From a virus: a stretch of 64,000 nucleotides of DNA. The stretch lies in the IMG/VR virus record IMGVR_UViG_3300021599_002733; one strand, written 5' to 3'. Positions 20,736 through 30,759 of this stretch are shown one piece after another; the first letter of the stretch is position 1, and every line of letters begins with the position of its first letter. Below the pieces are notes generated by a model. The model was not told the origin of the DNA. It worked only from the letters and a program-made list of their open reading frames with translations, and did not search any database. The translations under genes and the position numbers were made by a program.

Positions 20736-21536
20736 TTAATTTGCAAACTCAAGCGCCAATTCAAACAATTCTTTGTTTACTTTCAAGTCTTGATTGAAGT
20801 TTTTAATTCTTCGCGCTTTGCGGCTTTTGTTACCTGCATTATAGTTGAAATCACCTTCAATGATTTTTTCTTGTATTACATTGAATATTGACCATAGATC
20901 AGTTCCTTTATCCTCTGGTCGAGTTGGCTCAAGCAATAGCTTAGCATCAATTGTAATTCGTGTCATTTCCTCCTCTGTAAAGCGAGTAGCTAGAGCACGT
21001 GTTGCTAGCTCAACTGCTTGCTCTTCATCCAATTGAGTTTGTTTCATTTTATTCATTGATTCAACTGTTAGAGGTAAACGCTCAACCATCTCTTTGATTT
21101 TTGCTTGCAATTCCTCAAATGTATAGCCCATATGACGCAATTTTACATTTTCGAATTCTGTAGTGGAGATAACCAATCCATTTTCACATACCAAACGAAA
21201 CAAACCAGCTGTGAATGTAAATGAATTTTTTCCGTCATGGCTATTTGTCAATAGAATTTGTGGAAACACTGTATCACCATCAGAGCCATTGATTACAATA
21301 TCATTGTTTCTAAACACTACTAGGTGTTTTTGGAAGCCAACACCTTTTCTTGCTTTGACTTGTTTAGCATCTACAACTCCCCATCCAAGTTGAGCCATAT
21401 CATCAATCACTTGTGATGTTGGAATGTGTGTATAAGCAGATGATACATTTGTTGCTGCTGTAGCTGTAAATACACTTGGTGCTGCATTTTTAATGTCGCT
21501 TTTTGACAAGAATTCTGAATTTTCTAAATTTAACAT
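20736..21536 (-). CDS. DUF932/DUF945-family protein
   Basis: APSVF...S..YTHIPT; LLTNSHDG.NSF...AGLFRLVCENG; DLWSIFNVIQEK. Confidence 0.85.
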   Translation of the reverse strand: MLNLENSEFLSKSDIKNAAPSVFTATAATNVSSAYTHIPTSQVIDDMAQLGWGVVDAKQVKARKGVGFQKHLVVFRNNDIVINGSDGDTVFPQILLTNSHDGKNSFTFTAGLFRLVCENGLVISTTEFENVKLRHMGYTFEELQAKIKEMVERLPLTVESMNKMKQTQLDEEQAVELATRALATRFTEEEMTRITIDAKLLLEPTRPEDKGTDLWSIFNVIQEKIIEGDFNYNAGNKSRKARRIKNFNQDLKVNKELFELALEFAN

Positions 21537-21598
21537 ACCTTTATTTTTTTAATTATACTTCAATATACGAACTTTCTCCTGTGAATCCAATTCCTCTT

Positions 21599-23702
21599 TT
21601 AATCCCACCAACGATTTATTTGTTGGTTCAATATTTTGAATAGTAGTTTAAGGGAACGATCTTGGTTTTCAAGTGCCACTTCCATTGCTATCTCTTGTTT
21701 GTCTTTTTGCTCTATTGGTCTGTTAAAACGGTTTATCTCTCCTGTCATAACCCGCTTATGTTGTCTAGGATATTTGGCTAGATATTCATCGTAGTTTTCC
21801 CATATCAAAGTATCCTCCATTGAAAACCATTGTTGTGTCTCGTCTGTTGGAACAAATTCATATTCTTTTTTAAAGTAATCCATATACTCAGAATGGTATA
21901 GATCTTCCTGTTGTATTCTACATAGGCGAGCACACAATAACATCAATTCAGCATCTCGGTTTGCACTAACATGTATGCCTTTTTCCAAAATATATTTGGC
22001 TTGTTTTTCTAGTTTAACTCGTAGCACCTCGTAGATGTAGTGATGGTCATAGTCTCTATCTTTCCATATGGTTGGTAGCCAATGGATTATGTTTTTGATA
22101 CCTCTGTAGATATCTTTGTGGTAATATTTACCTTCAAATTTCCACCATCGTTGAATTCGTCCTAACATCTTATTCTGATTTAATTCTTTTTAATACATAA
22201 AATCCACCACTTGCTACATTATATCCAAACTCAAGATTGTTTTCAATAAGGAATGACATAACCATTTCTTTTTCTTCTGGTGTTAGATTAATGCATTCAT
22301 AGTTTTGAACATCTCTTAACTCATCTATTGCAGTTTGTGTCCCAACTCTTAATCCTGCTGAGTAGTTTGAATCTCTTATTGATTTTATATAATCATCAAC
22401 TACATTTGGCTTTGGCTTTCTATACTTTCCAAACATCTTATTCTGATTTAAAGGTTTCGTTGTAGTATTGTTCTGCATTTCCAACTGGATTTGATATTTT
22501 TTCAATTCTATCTCTTGTTCCTTTATCATATCCATCATCCCAAGCGTTATGCACTTCGTCTTTCTCCATTTCTAGGGCTTTCTCAAATAGTTCTTTATGA
22601 GTTATATCAATGTTTTTTAACTCTTGCATCAACCACTCTAGTGCTGTCTGTTTCATATTTGCTCTTTTAATTTGTGGTATAACCACGTTTTCAAATATCT
22701 CTTTTAATTTAGGTTTGAATTCTTCTGGGTCTAGAAAAGGCATGTTATTTTTTCTTTTTACTACAGTTTCCTCTTGCAAAATCATCTATTGATTTAACTC
22801 CACACTCACATTTTTGAGCATCAACATCAAACATACAACCTTTAATACCTGCTTTCTTGTTCTCTACCCAAACAGCTCGCTCTGCCTCTATTGGTGATAC
22901 GTTTCCTTCAGGATAAACGGTGTGAGATATTCTGATGCGTCGTTTTATCTCTACTGGTTTTTTACATAACATTCCTATATGTCTGAGCCAAAGTAGGAAT
23001 TTTGTTTTGATGTTTCGTTTTCTCATGTTAGTCGTTAAATGTTAAACCTTGTTCATTCATATTTCCACGTAAAAACTCTCTAACTTTCTCTAGAGCTTCA
23101 TATACTTCTCCTGTTACCTTGTCGTTGTATTTTAGCTCTGAGCGGAGATGTTGATCCACATCCCATGCTAACATTTGCCATTTCCAACCGTTGAGAGCAG
23201 ACTCCATGTCTATTCTATCTTCGTTTGGGTCAAATTCTAAAATTACTTTTGCCATTACTTTATCATTTTAATATTTCCTGTTGGTATTTGTATTTTCTTT
23301 CCCTCGCATGTAACAACGTATGTCATCCCATTCCGGTAAGATGTTGTCTCGTGAGCTTGAATGGATGTTTCATCGTGTAAAATCACTATTTTATCGCATT
23401 CTTTTTTACGTTTAATGGAATATATTCCTATCATTGTAAACACTCCCACTACAAGTGAAAATGCCATAATTGAAATTGCATCTTTCATAACTTTTATTTT
23501 AATTTAATATACGAAAACTATTTTATTTCTCCAATTCCTCCCAATCAGAGTATTTACCATTTACTTTTACTCTATATTTGTATTTACTTAATCTAGAGCA
23601 CATAGCTAAAAATTCCCCTTCAAACCAAATGTGGGTATATCTCTTTTCAAAATCAGAGAAACAATTTCTAACTTTCACTTTATCTCCTCGTTTCAAATCC
23701 AT
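21599..23702 (-). CDS. Hypothetical ORFs (21599-22168, 22170-22436, 22438-22785, 22745-23026, 23028-23255, 23255-23488, 23523-23702)
   Basis: ORF track and own translation; tightly packed. Confidence 0.6.
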
Positions 23703-24442
23703 TCTATCTCGTTTGTAATGTTATCCCACTCAAAATTAAATGGTGAATGTGCATATGAATATCTTTCATCCAACACAGATGCGTTTATAAAATGTGTGTG
23801 ACCATCAAAATAGTGTCCCCAACTTCCATGAATATGTCCAAACACATGTATTTTTGGTTTGATTTGATCCACTCGATATCGAAGCATTTCACAACCAACT
23901 CGAATTGTGCTTCCACCTGGTATATCTAGGTGTCCGTAAGGTGGTCCGTGTGTAATTAGTATGTCTGTATTTTCGGGTATAGCATCCCATTTTGTTTTCA
24001 TTTCTTCTCCGTTTCGAGGTAAATTGAAAGCCCAATTGAAGAATTCGGGTTGCCAAGGCGAGCCATAGATGCGAATATTTTCTTCTGGTATGTCTCCGTT
24101 TGGGCCATCATAGTATAGGGCTAGTTCCTCGTCTTGTAGATACTCTATTGTTTTATATCCTGTTAGTATACCTTTTGCCTCTTCTGGTTTGTCTTGCATC
24201 CAACGGTCGTGGTTTCCAGCGATAAATATTTTAGTGTTGTAGTTGTCTATTTCATCAAACCATTTGAAAAACATCATTGCCTCCATTGGATTATATCCAC
24301 TGTTCATAAAATCACCTGCGTGGATAAGAATATCTCCACCGGGTAGATCCAACGGTTGATTACTTTTACGTAACGATTTTGACGTTGTAAGTTGATTGTG
24401 TTTAGTGTGTGTGTCTGAAATTAATGTGATTTTTGTTTTCAT
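23693..24442 (-). CDS. Calcineurin-like metallophosphoesterase
   Basis: ISDTH, HAGD, IAGNHD, LITHGPP, HVFGHIH. Confidence 0.9.
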   Translation of the reverse strand: MKTKITLISDTHTKHNQLTTSKSLRKSNQPLDLPGGDILIHAGDFMNSGYNPMEAMMFFKWFDEIDNYNTKIFIAGNHDRWMQDKPEEAKGILTGYKTIEYLQDEELALYYDGPNGDIPEENIRIYGSPWQPEFFNWAFNLPRNGEEMKTKWDAIPENTDILITHGPPYGHLDIPGGSTIRVGCEMLRYRVDQIKPKIHVFGHIHGSWGHYFDGHTHFINASVLDERYSYAHSPFNFEWDNITNEIEWI

Positions 24443-24465
24443 AACCTAAATATATGAAATTTTAT

Positions 24466-25363
24466 TTAAATATCCTCTTCCTCCTCTAAGCCATCCATTA
24501 AAGTTACATCCCAAATGGATATATCATCATCATCTTCATCCCAATACCCATTTACATAAATTCTATATAACTCGAGTGTTGTATAGTATGTTCCTGTACC
24601 ATCAGGTACAACCCAACATGCAGATCTTTCTTCATCATACCCAGGTATAACATTTTTTTTCAAAATCCAATCTCCAAATTGTATAGCGGATTCTTGTCTA
24701 GCTCTAAACGTGTCTACTGTTTTGAATGCTTGTTTTGCTTCTGCTCTACGTTTGAGTTCATTCCATTCTTGCTCTGATAAAGCATCTATGAGTATGTCTA
24801 GAGTTTGTTTATCCATTTTACCTACATTTGTATGAAGTTAATCTCATTTTCTTTTTGTGGTGTTGATGCAAATATATAGTTTATACTCTGAATTTTTTGT
24901 TTTGAATGCAATACAACGGAAATCCCCCTCTGTAATATCACTTTCAATTTCCGTAATTGGGGTTGTTAGCCAAGTGTATTGGTAACCGTATTGTGGGTCA
25001 ATTATAACACTATAGCCAATTTGGGGTTCTTCGTGTAGTTCTTTTGCTCGGCTGCCTAGCTCTTCTGCTCCCCACTCTACAAATTTGAATTGTATTCCAA
25101 AGTGTTTTTCACCATTGCTTTTAATTAGTGTGATAGGCATATTTGTTGTATTACAAATATCGCAAATGTTTACAGATGTACGTAAACCTTTCTCGTGGTG
25201 TTTAGTGATACTATCACAATATCTACAATATATTTTCATTTTAAATAAATAATAACATTAATAACATAACTGTTGCCCAACCATCAAATCCGGTAAGAGC
25301 GAATATAACCATTCCAATAAACGAAAGCAATTGAAATATAAATTTTTGATTTCCTTTTTCCAT
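24466..25363 (-). CDS. Hypothetical ORFs 24466-24816, 24844-25239 (Zn-ribbon CxxC..CxxC) and 25241-25363 (membrane, 40 aa)
   Basis: ORF track and own translation. Confidence 0.6.
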
Positions 25364-25400
25364 ACTTTGAATATACGAAAGAAATCTTTGAAAGCCAAAT

Positions 25401-27914
25401 TTACTTGTAGACTTTTTTCATGGTACCATCGCTATACACTTCAATGTATATTCCGGTTGCTGTAAATTGGGATGGATCTACTTCTTGTCCTCTCAAGTTG
25501 ATATATTTTACAATGGTTTTTTCTGAGTCTAGATTTGTATTGTTAATAGAGATAGGTCCAAATGTTTCATACACACCATTCAAGTCATATTGCTGTAGTC
25601 TGTAGTAGTTGATGATTGGCTCAACTTTGTAATCTGTTACGTTATAGTCAATTTGGTTTGTTGAGTTACCTGCTGCATTTAATGTTGTGATAGTTGTCCA
25701 AGTTTCTCCATCTCTACTTTTCTGTAAATTAAAGTGGCTTGTGTTTTGCTCTGTTGCAGTTACCCAAAATAAATGGTTGTTGTTTCCTTTATTTACTCCA
25801 TCAAATGTAGATAGTTCAACTGGAAGGCCAAATGTGATGTTTATTCTATATTCCTCTATTTCACCCCAATCATACCCTAGTGAATAATAGGCATCGTTTG
25901 ATGGTGTTTCTGCCCATGAAGATAATATTCTTAAAGTAACAGTTCCTATATTTGTTGTTGATGGTACTGTAAAAGATTGTGAACGAGTTGCCCCGGGTGA
26001 TTGCTGCATTATGGTTTCAGTTGTTTCGAATAAACCATCATTGTCAAAATCAATCCATGCAACATACCCAGAATAATTTAAATATGTCATGGGGCTAGAT
26101 GCGGAAATTGTATATGTTGTTCCTCTATTTAATGTGGTTAAAATTGAGGTGAAATTTTGGTATGAATCGTATCCTTGTGGAGCGTCATATGTTGAATTGT
26201 TATTTATTGTGTTTAAAGTTACATTTGAGATATAATCTCCACTACTTGTTCCATAAATATATTCTGGTGCTAGATTTAATGTCACACTTACTGGGGTGTT
26301 GAAACTTGCAGGGCAAGTACCGTTAACTGAACGAGTTCTAACCCAAATTGTAGATAATTGAACGTTCAAAAATAGGGAGAAGGGATTGGCTGGGTTGTTT
26401 TGGAATCCATCCACCGTTGTAAAATTATCGGATGACCATTCAATTCTGTTGATGGTTCCTTCATTTCCTGTTGTGGTAAATACAATACCATCATTCACTG
26501 TTGTTGTGGTTACGTTTGCTGATATTGTGCCTGGGTTTGTTGGGGTTGAACAAGGTGTTGTAGCACAAATAGAGAAGGTACCTTGACCAGTCCCATTACC
26601 ATAACTATGTACCCTAACATAATATGTTACTCCATTAGTTAACCCCGTTACAGTTGTTGTTTCAGTGGATGAACCTGATGTATTGTCAACACAAGCAAGT
26701 GAGGTTAACCCAGCGCAAGTCCCACTATAAACTTGTAAAACAGCATCTGATAAAGTACCAGGTGTAACTGTAAGGGTTTGGCTTGTACCATTTGCCACAA
26801 AACTATACCATACATCATCATCCGCAGTTCCAACACATGCTGCTACAGATTGATTTGCTCCTACCGTTGTACCATTTGTTGAAGAACTACAGCTACTTCC
26901 TGAGTTTATTGTCAATGCAGGGGCACTTGAGCAGTTATTGTTTGATGGAGGGGTAACACATGTTCTAGATATAGTAAATGTACCTGTAGTTGTTGAATTG
27001 TAATGGCCTATATAAACAAAATAAACAGTTCCACTTGTGGCTGTAAATGTTGCAACTTCGTTTGAGCTTGTTATATTATCTACATTTGCAACTGTTGTAT
27101 ATGTTCCCCCACAAGCACCTGTATTACTTGTTAAAACTAATAATCTAGTATCAAATCCTTGCACTACAGTAAGTGTTGTTGTACTACCATCTCCTGTAAA
27201 TTTATACCACACACCCATTGTCCCTGTGGTGGATGAATTTGGTGCTGTTTCTGATACAGCATTTACTGTTGTTCCCGCTAAAGCAGATGTAGCACAAGGT
27301 AAACTTGTAGCACCGGAGCATTCATCGTTTGAGGGTGGTGAAGCTATTGTATATGTAACTGTAATGTTATCTATTAGAGCAGGTGGGTTCACACCACTAC
27401 TACCATCATTTCTCCAACTAAAAATAATTCTTCTGGTTGTCCCAGCAATTGTGTTTGGTAAGGTATAAGTAGTTGTAGCACAAGTGGTTTGGCCTTGAAT
27501 TGTCCCTAAAAGTACTCTATTTGTTCCACTAGCTGTTACTGCAGTACCTGCTGTTGGGGTTACAGTGTTAACACATGACCATACTCTTAAATCATCAAAA
27601 CTAGACTCCCCAGCAACTTTTCTATTAAAATTTAATGTAATGTTAGTTACAGAGGCAGGCACAACAATACTAAAATAAGCATGAACTATTGATACTGCTG
27701 TGTTTGTATATGAGTAGGCACTTGAATTGTTTGAAATATAAAGTGCTCCTGTTCCATCACATTGGTTAGCTGTTCCACGGAACCATTTGTTTGTTTGAGT
27801 TCCATTCACTAAAGTAAGTGAATTTCCAGTTTCAAATGTTTCTGAAAATAGGGTGGTTTGTGTGAAAGACACAAATGAGATCAACATGAACCATATTAAT
27901 AGTAGTCTTTTCAT
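25401..27914 (-). CDS. Secreted multi-domain protein with GEVED domain and T9SS-type C-terminus
   Basis: Signal peptide; two PPxNDxCxxA beta-sandwich repeats; WIDFDNDG...GEIEEY (GEVED-like); LPVELSTF Ig module; C-terminal KYINLRGQEV...GIYIEVYSDGTMKKVYK. Confidence 0.75.
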   Translation of the reverse strand: MKRLLLIWFMLISFVSFTQTTLFSETFETGNSLTLVNGTQTNKWFRGTANQCDGTGALYISNNSSAYSYTNTAVSIVHAYFSIVVPASVTNITLNFNRKVAGESSFDDLRVWSCVNTVTPTAGTAVTASGTNRVLLGTIQGQTTCATTTYTLPNTIAGTTRRIIFSWRNDGSSGVNPPALIDNITVTYTIASPPSNDECSGATSLPCATSALAGTTVNAVSETAPNSSTTGTMGVWYKFTGDGSTTTLTVVQGFDTRLLVLTSNTGACGGTYTTVANVDNITSSNEVATFTATSGTVYFVYIGHYNSTTTGTFTISRTCVTPPSNNNCSSAPALTINSGSSCSSSTNGTTVGANQSVAACVGTADDDVWYSFVANGTSQTLTVTPGTLSDAVLQVYSGTCAGLTSLACVDNTSGSSTETTTVTGLTNGVTYYVRVHSYGNGTGQGTFSICATTPCSTPTNPGTISANVTTTTVNDGIVFTTTGNEGTINRIEWSSDNFTTVDGFQNNPANPFSLFLNVQLSTIWVRTRSVNGTCPASFNTPVSVTLNLAPEYIYGTSSGDYISNVTLNTINNNSTYDAPQGYDSYQNFTSILTTLNRGTTYTISASSPMTYLNYSGYVAWIDFDNDGLFETTETIMQQSPGATRSQSFTVPSTTNIGTVTLRILSSWAETPSNDAYYSLGYDWGEIEEYRINITFGLPVELSTFDGVNKGNNNHLFWVTATEQNTSHFNLQKSRDGETWTTITTLNAAGNSTNQIDYNVTDYKVEPIINYYRLQQYDLNGVYETFGPISINNTNLDSEKTIVKYINLRGQEVDPSQFTATGIYIEVYSDGTMKKVYK

Positions 27915-27984
27915 GGTGTGTAAGTTTACTTATAAATATTCTAAATTATATTTTAGTATACAAAAAACAACTTGGAAAGACAAA

Positions 27985-28014
27985 GAAAACCTCACTATCT
28001 GTGAGGTTCTTTTT
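27985..28014 (-). terminator. Intrinsic terminator after the tRNA cluster
   Basis: AACCTCAC-loop-GTGAGGTT followed by a T-run on the minus strand. Confidence 0.7.
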
Positions 28015-28015
28015 G

Positions 28016-28089
28016 TGGAGGATAACGGAGTCGAACCGTTGACCCCTTGCGTGCAAGGCAAGTGCTCTAGCCAGCTGAGCTAATCCCCC
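28016..28089 (-). tRNA. tRNA-Ala(TGC)
   Basis: Cloverleaf GGGGGAT/ATCCTCC with G3:U70; anticodon loop CTTGCAC. Confidence 0.95.
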
Positions 28090-28102
28090 TTTTATGGTCT
28101 TG

Positions 28103-28187
28103 CAGAGGATGAGAGATTCGAACTCCCGGTACCTTTCGGTACAACAGTTTTCAAGACTGCCGCAATCGACCACTCTGCCAATCCTCT
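28103..28187 (-). tRNA. tRNA-Ser(TGA)
   Basis: Anticodon loop CTTGAAA, long variable arm GTACC-GAAA-GGTAC, G73. Confidence 0.95.
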
Positions 28188-28191
28188 AAAA

Positions 28192-28341
28192 TCAAACTTT
28201 GTTTATAGCGTAAACAGCAGCTTGTAGATGTGTGATAGCATCACTGAGATTTTTAGTTGGTGTTTCTTCATACTTCTGAGTGAGTTTCACTAGAGTAGTC
28301 TCTAGTGTTTTGATTTCAGATTGTATTTTTAACTTTTTCAT
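28192..28341 (-). CDS. 49-aa helical hypothetical protein
   Basis: Own translation MKKLKIQSEIKTLE...; AATATGTATAA motif upstream. Confidence 0.5.
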   Translation of the reverse strand: MKKLKIQSEIKTLETTLVKLTQKYEETPTKNLSDAITHLQAAVYAINKV

Positions 28342-28389
28342 CTCGTTTATACATATTAAAAAAATGTAAGAGTTCTTAACGGGTTAATA

Positions 28390-28707
28390 TTATCCTTTAA
28401 GTACTTGTTTTGACGCTAATTTATCTAATCTAGAGTCAACGTAGCGTCTAGTTTCCTCTATTTGGTTCATTATGGTTTTTTCTACCATTGTGACATCTCG
28501 TCCACATTTTTCGAACTCCCTCCAAATATTTTGGTGCATTTCATCAATATGACGATGTATATCTTCTACATCACGCATGTAGTTGTTTTTAAATGTATGT
28601 AAATCTGAGTTTAACTTACTGATCTTAACCATACCCACAACAATAACAGATATAATAATTACTGCTACAATCGTAAGCATACCTAAAACGAATGATGTTA
28701 TTTCCAT
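28390..28707 (-). CDS. Membrane-anchored coiled-coil protein
   Basis: N-terminal TM helix; flanked by a 15-bp inverted repeat. Confidence 0.75.
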   Translation of the reverse strand: MEITSFVLGMLTIVAVIIISVIVVGMVKISKLNSDLHTFKNNYMRDVEDIHRHIDEMHQNIWREFEKCGRDVTMVEKTIMNQIEETRRYVDSRLDKLASKQVLKG

Positions 28708-28757
28708 GTTTTCTAGTTTTTAAAATGTCAAAGAACTCTTACATTATTTTATTTATG

Positions 28758-28829
28758 TATTCGGTACGGGGTTCGAACCCGTGCCTCCGCCGTGAAAGGG
28801 CGGCGTGTTAACCACTTCACTAACCGAAC
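28758..28829 (-). tRNA. tRNA-Glu(TTC)
   Basis: Anticodon arm CCGCC-CTTTCAC-GGCGG; T arm ACGGG-TTCGAAC-CCCGT. Confidence 0.93.
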
Positions 28830-28830
28830 A

Positions 28831-29170
28831 TAACCCCTAGCAGTTTCTATTGATCAAGTAGACCATCTAGGGGTTGGTATTGGTTATATGAGTGTCTATA
28901 GAGGCAACGCGTTTGCACCTATAAAGCACCTCAACTTCCCAACACTCAAAAAGACCATCTGAGTGGGCAGATCTAACGGTATGCCCGATGGTACTTGACC
29001 TGTAGATTCTATCTACAGGGGGGTTCAAACTCTAGAACCGGAGAACTAGAGGGTTCCAACATTTTCATGTTGGTGAGGCAAAAGACCTACCCTGGTACGC
29101 TCGATCGCGGTCACCACAGTCCAGAAGCGTGGTAGGTACTGTTTTGGTATACGTATTGTACTCGGAGATG
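28831..29170 (-). ncRNA. Putative structured non-coding RNA (about 7 consecutive hairpins), family unknown
   Basis: No credible ORF, GC-richer than flanks, many adjacent inverted repeats, abuts the 5' end of tRNA-Glu. Confidence 0.6.
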
Positions 29171-29172
29171 GT

Positions 29173-29286
29173 TTAGTATTCTTCTTTTTTCTTTGTTTTA
29201 GCTTTTGGATATCCTTTTTGTTTAGATGCCCACGAAACCCAACTTTGGAGTGTTTCGATTCTTGCTTTAGCTGATGTTTTACTCAT
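29173..29286 (-). CDS. 37-aa basic peptide
   Basis: Own translation MSKTSAKARIETLQSWVSWASKQKGYPKAKTKKKEEY; promoter at about 29310. Confidence 0.5.
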   Translation of the reverse strand: MSKTSAKARIETLQSWVSWASKQKGYPKAKTKKKEEY

Positions 29287-29338
29287 TTGTTTCTGTTTTA
29301 ATATACTTTAATATAAGAAAAATTTATTGTTTATCCAA

Positions 29339-29752
29339 CTATTTTTTAAAAACTTGAATGGTATGTTCTTTTTCTATCAAGTCTGTAAATTGCCCCTCAT
29401 ATCGTGTTGCTCGAACAATATGGTTGTCTATCCAATGGTAGTTTCCACCACGTGGTTTACCCATCAATAAACCATGGTATTTGAAGCCATGTTTGGCTAA
29501 CCACTGTTCTGTTACCGCTCTATGTTCCTCTACTCGAGAGGTAAAGAAGGTGATGATATGTCCTTCATCAAACCACTTGTTTAAAATTTCAAGTGCATCT
29601 GGGTATAGTTTAGCGTCTATCATGCGTTCAGGTTCCTCGTTTGGAATGTCATCGCATATGGTTCCATCTATGTCTATCAGATAATTTTTAACGTTGTTAG
29701 AGAGGATAGGGGATATTCGTTTACCGTCTTTTTCTAAATTGTGTAATTCCAT
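29339..29752 (-). CDS. HAD-superfamily phosphatase
   Basis: LIDIDGT, FFTSR, MGKP..G..WIDN. Confidence 0.8.
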   Translation of the reverse strand: MELHNLEKDGKRISPILSNNVKNYLIDIDGTICDDIPNEEPERMIDAKLYPDALEILNKWFDEGHIITFFTSRVEEHRAVTEQWLAKHGFKYHGLLMGKPRGGNYHWIDNHIVRATRYEGQFTDLIEKEHTIQVFKK

Positions 29753-29781
29753 ATCTATAAATATGGGTTTTCAATTACCAT

Positions 29782-30759
29782 TTACTCTTCTTCTGCTAAT
29801 ATAGTTACGGTGTATAATTGATATTCATCATCTCTATGTAAATAGACTGTGCAATAGTATCCGTTTCCAAGATATGCTCCCCAATACGGATCTCCCAATT
29901 CATCTAATCCAATTACATCATCCATTAAAATACCCATATCATCCAATACTCCCCTCAATACCTCACCTGCAATTTCAGCATCGTATGTAGTGTAGTACAT
30001 TTGGTTTTCTCTACCTTTTTCTTGGATAGTGTACCACATTTCTGCGGGGATATTTTCTGTTTTCTTTTTTGTAACTATGCCTATTTGGGCATTTGTGGTA
30101 AGGCTACTTGCTAGTAGCGCTATTGTCAAAACTATTTTCTTCATCTTCTATTTTTTTTAGAACTATATCTTGTATTGCTTGCAGATCAGCTTCTGTTGCA
30201 TTAGCTGCGTTGTAGCATTCAAATTTTGTGTTGTCTAGGTCAGTATCACTGGTTATCAAAACATGATAGTCTGTTAATGTTGCTCGCAGATCATCTAGTG
30301 CTTGCATATACGTTTTGGGTTCGCTTTGAAAGTATCTGCGAGGTAATCTTACTACAAAAATTGGTTTTGCTGTCATTGTTTTCTCCTTTCTAAAACTTTT
30401 TGATATTCTTCATCACATAATGTTGTAATCCAACCAATATCGTTTCTTACTTTACCGGGTTTGCCTGTTCGCTCACATATTGTATAGCTATCATTTTCTG
30501 CTTTTGAGATACGATCATATATCTCATCTGAGCCAGAGGTAATATAGAAACGTAATCCACCAAATTTTTCTTTAACTTGGCATGTTTTCCTGTCCCATCC
30601 TAGCTCTATTAGATCCTCTATTAGCTCTTTGATCAGCGGAAACCAACCGTTACTACATTCAAATATCCAACAATCTTTGATTGGTTCTCTATCTGTGAAG
30701 TATCCATTTTCTAATCCACCAATGGATTCCAAAAATGCGTTCATTTCTTCATCTGTCAT
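29782..30759 (-). CDS. Hypothetical ORFs 29782-30144 (signal peptide), 30104-30376 and 30373-30759 (QVKEKFGGLRFY family)
   Basis: ORF track. Confidence 0.65.

Noticed and set aside
5201-21594. CRISPR array or integron as the explanation of the recurring motif
   Set aside because: Intervening segments are whole genes of variable length, the repeats are degenerate promoter elements, and no cas genes, integrase or attC structure is visible
27946-28173. 75-aa minus-strand ORF
   Set aside because: It is a read-through of tRNA-Ser and tRNA-Ala
28831-29170. tmRNA or RNase P RNA
   Set aside because: The size fits, but there is no tRNA-Ala-like acceptor/T-arm terminus and no GAGGAAAGTCC-type P4 motif on either strand
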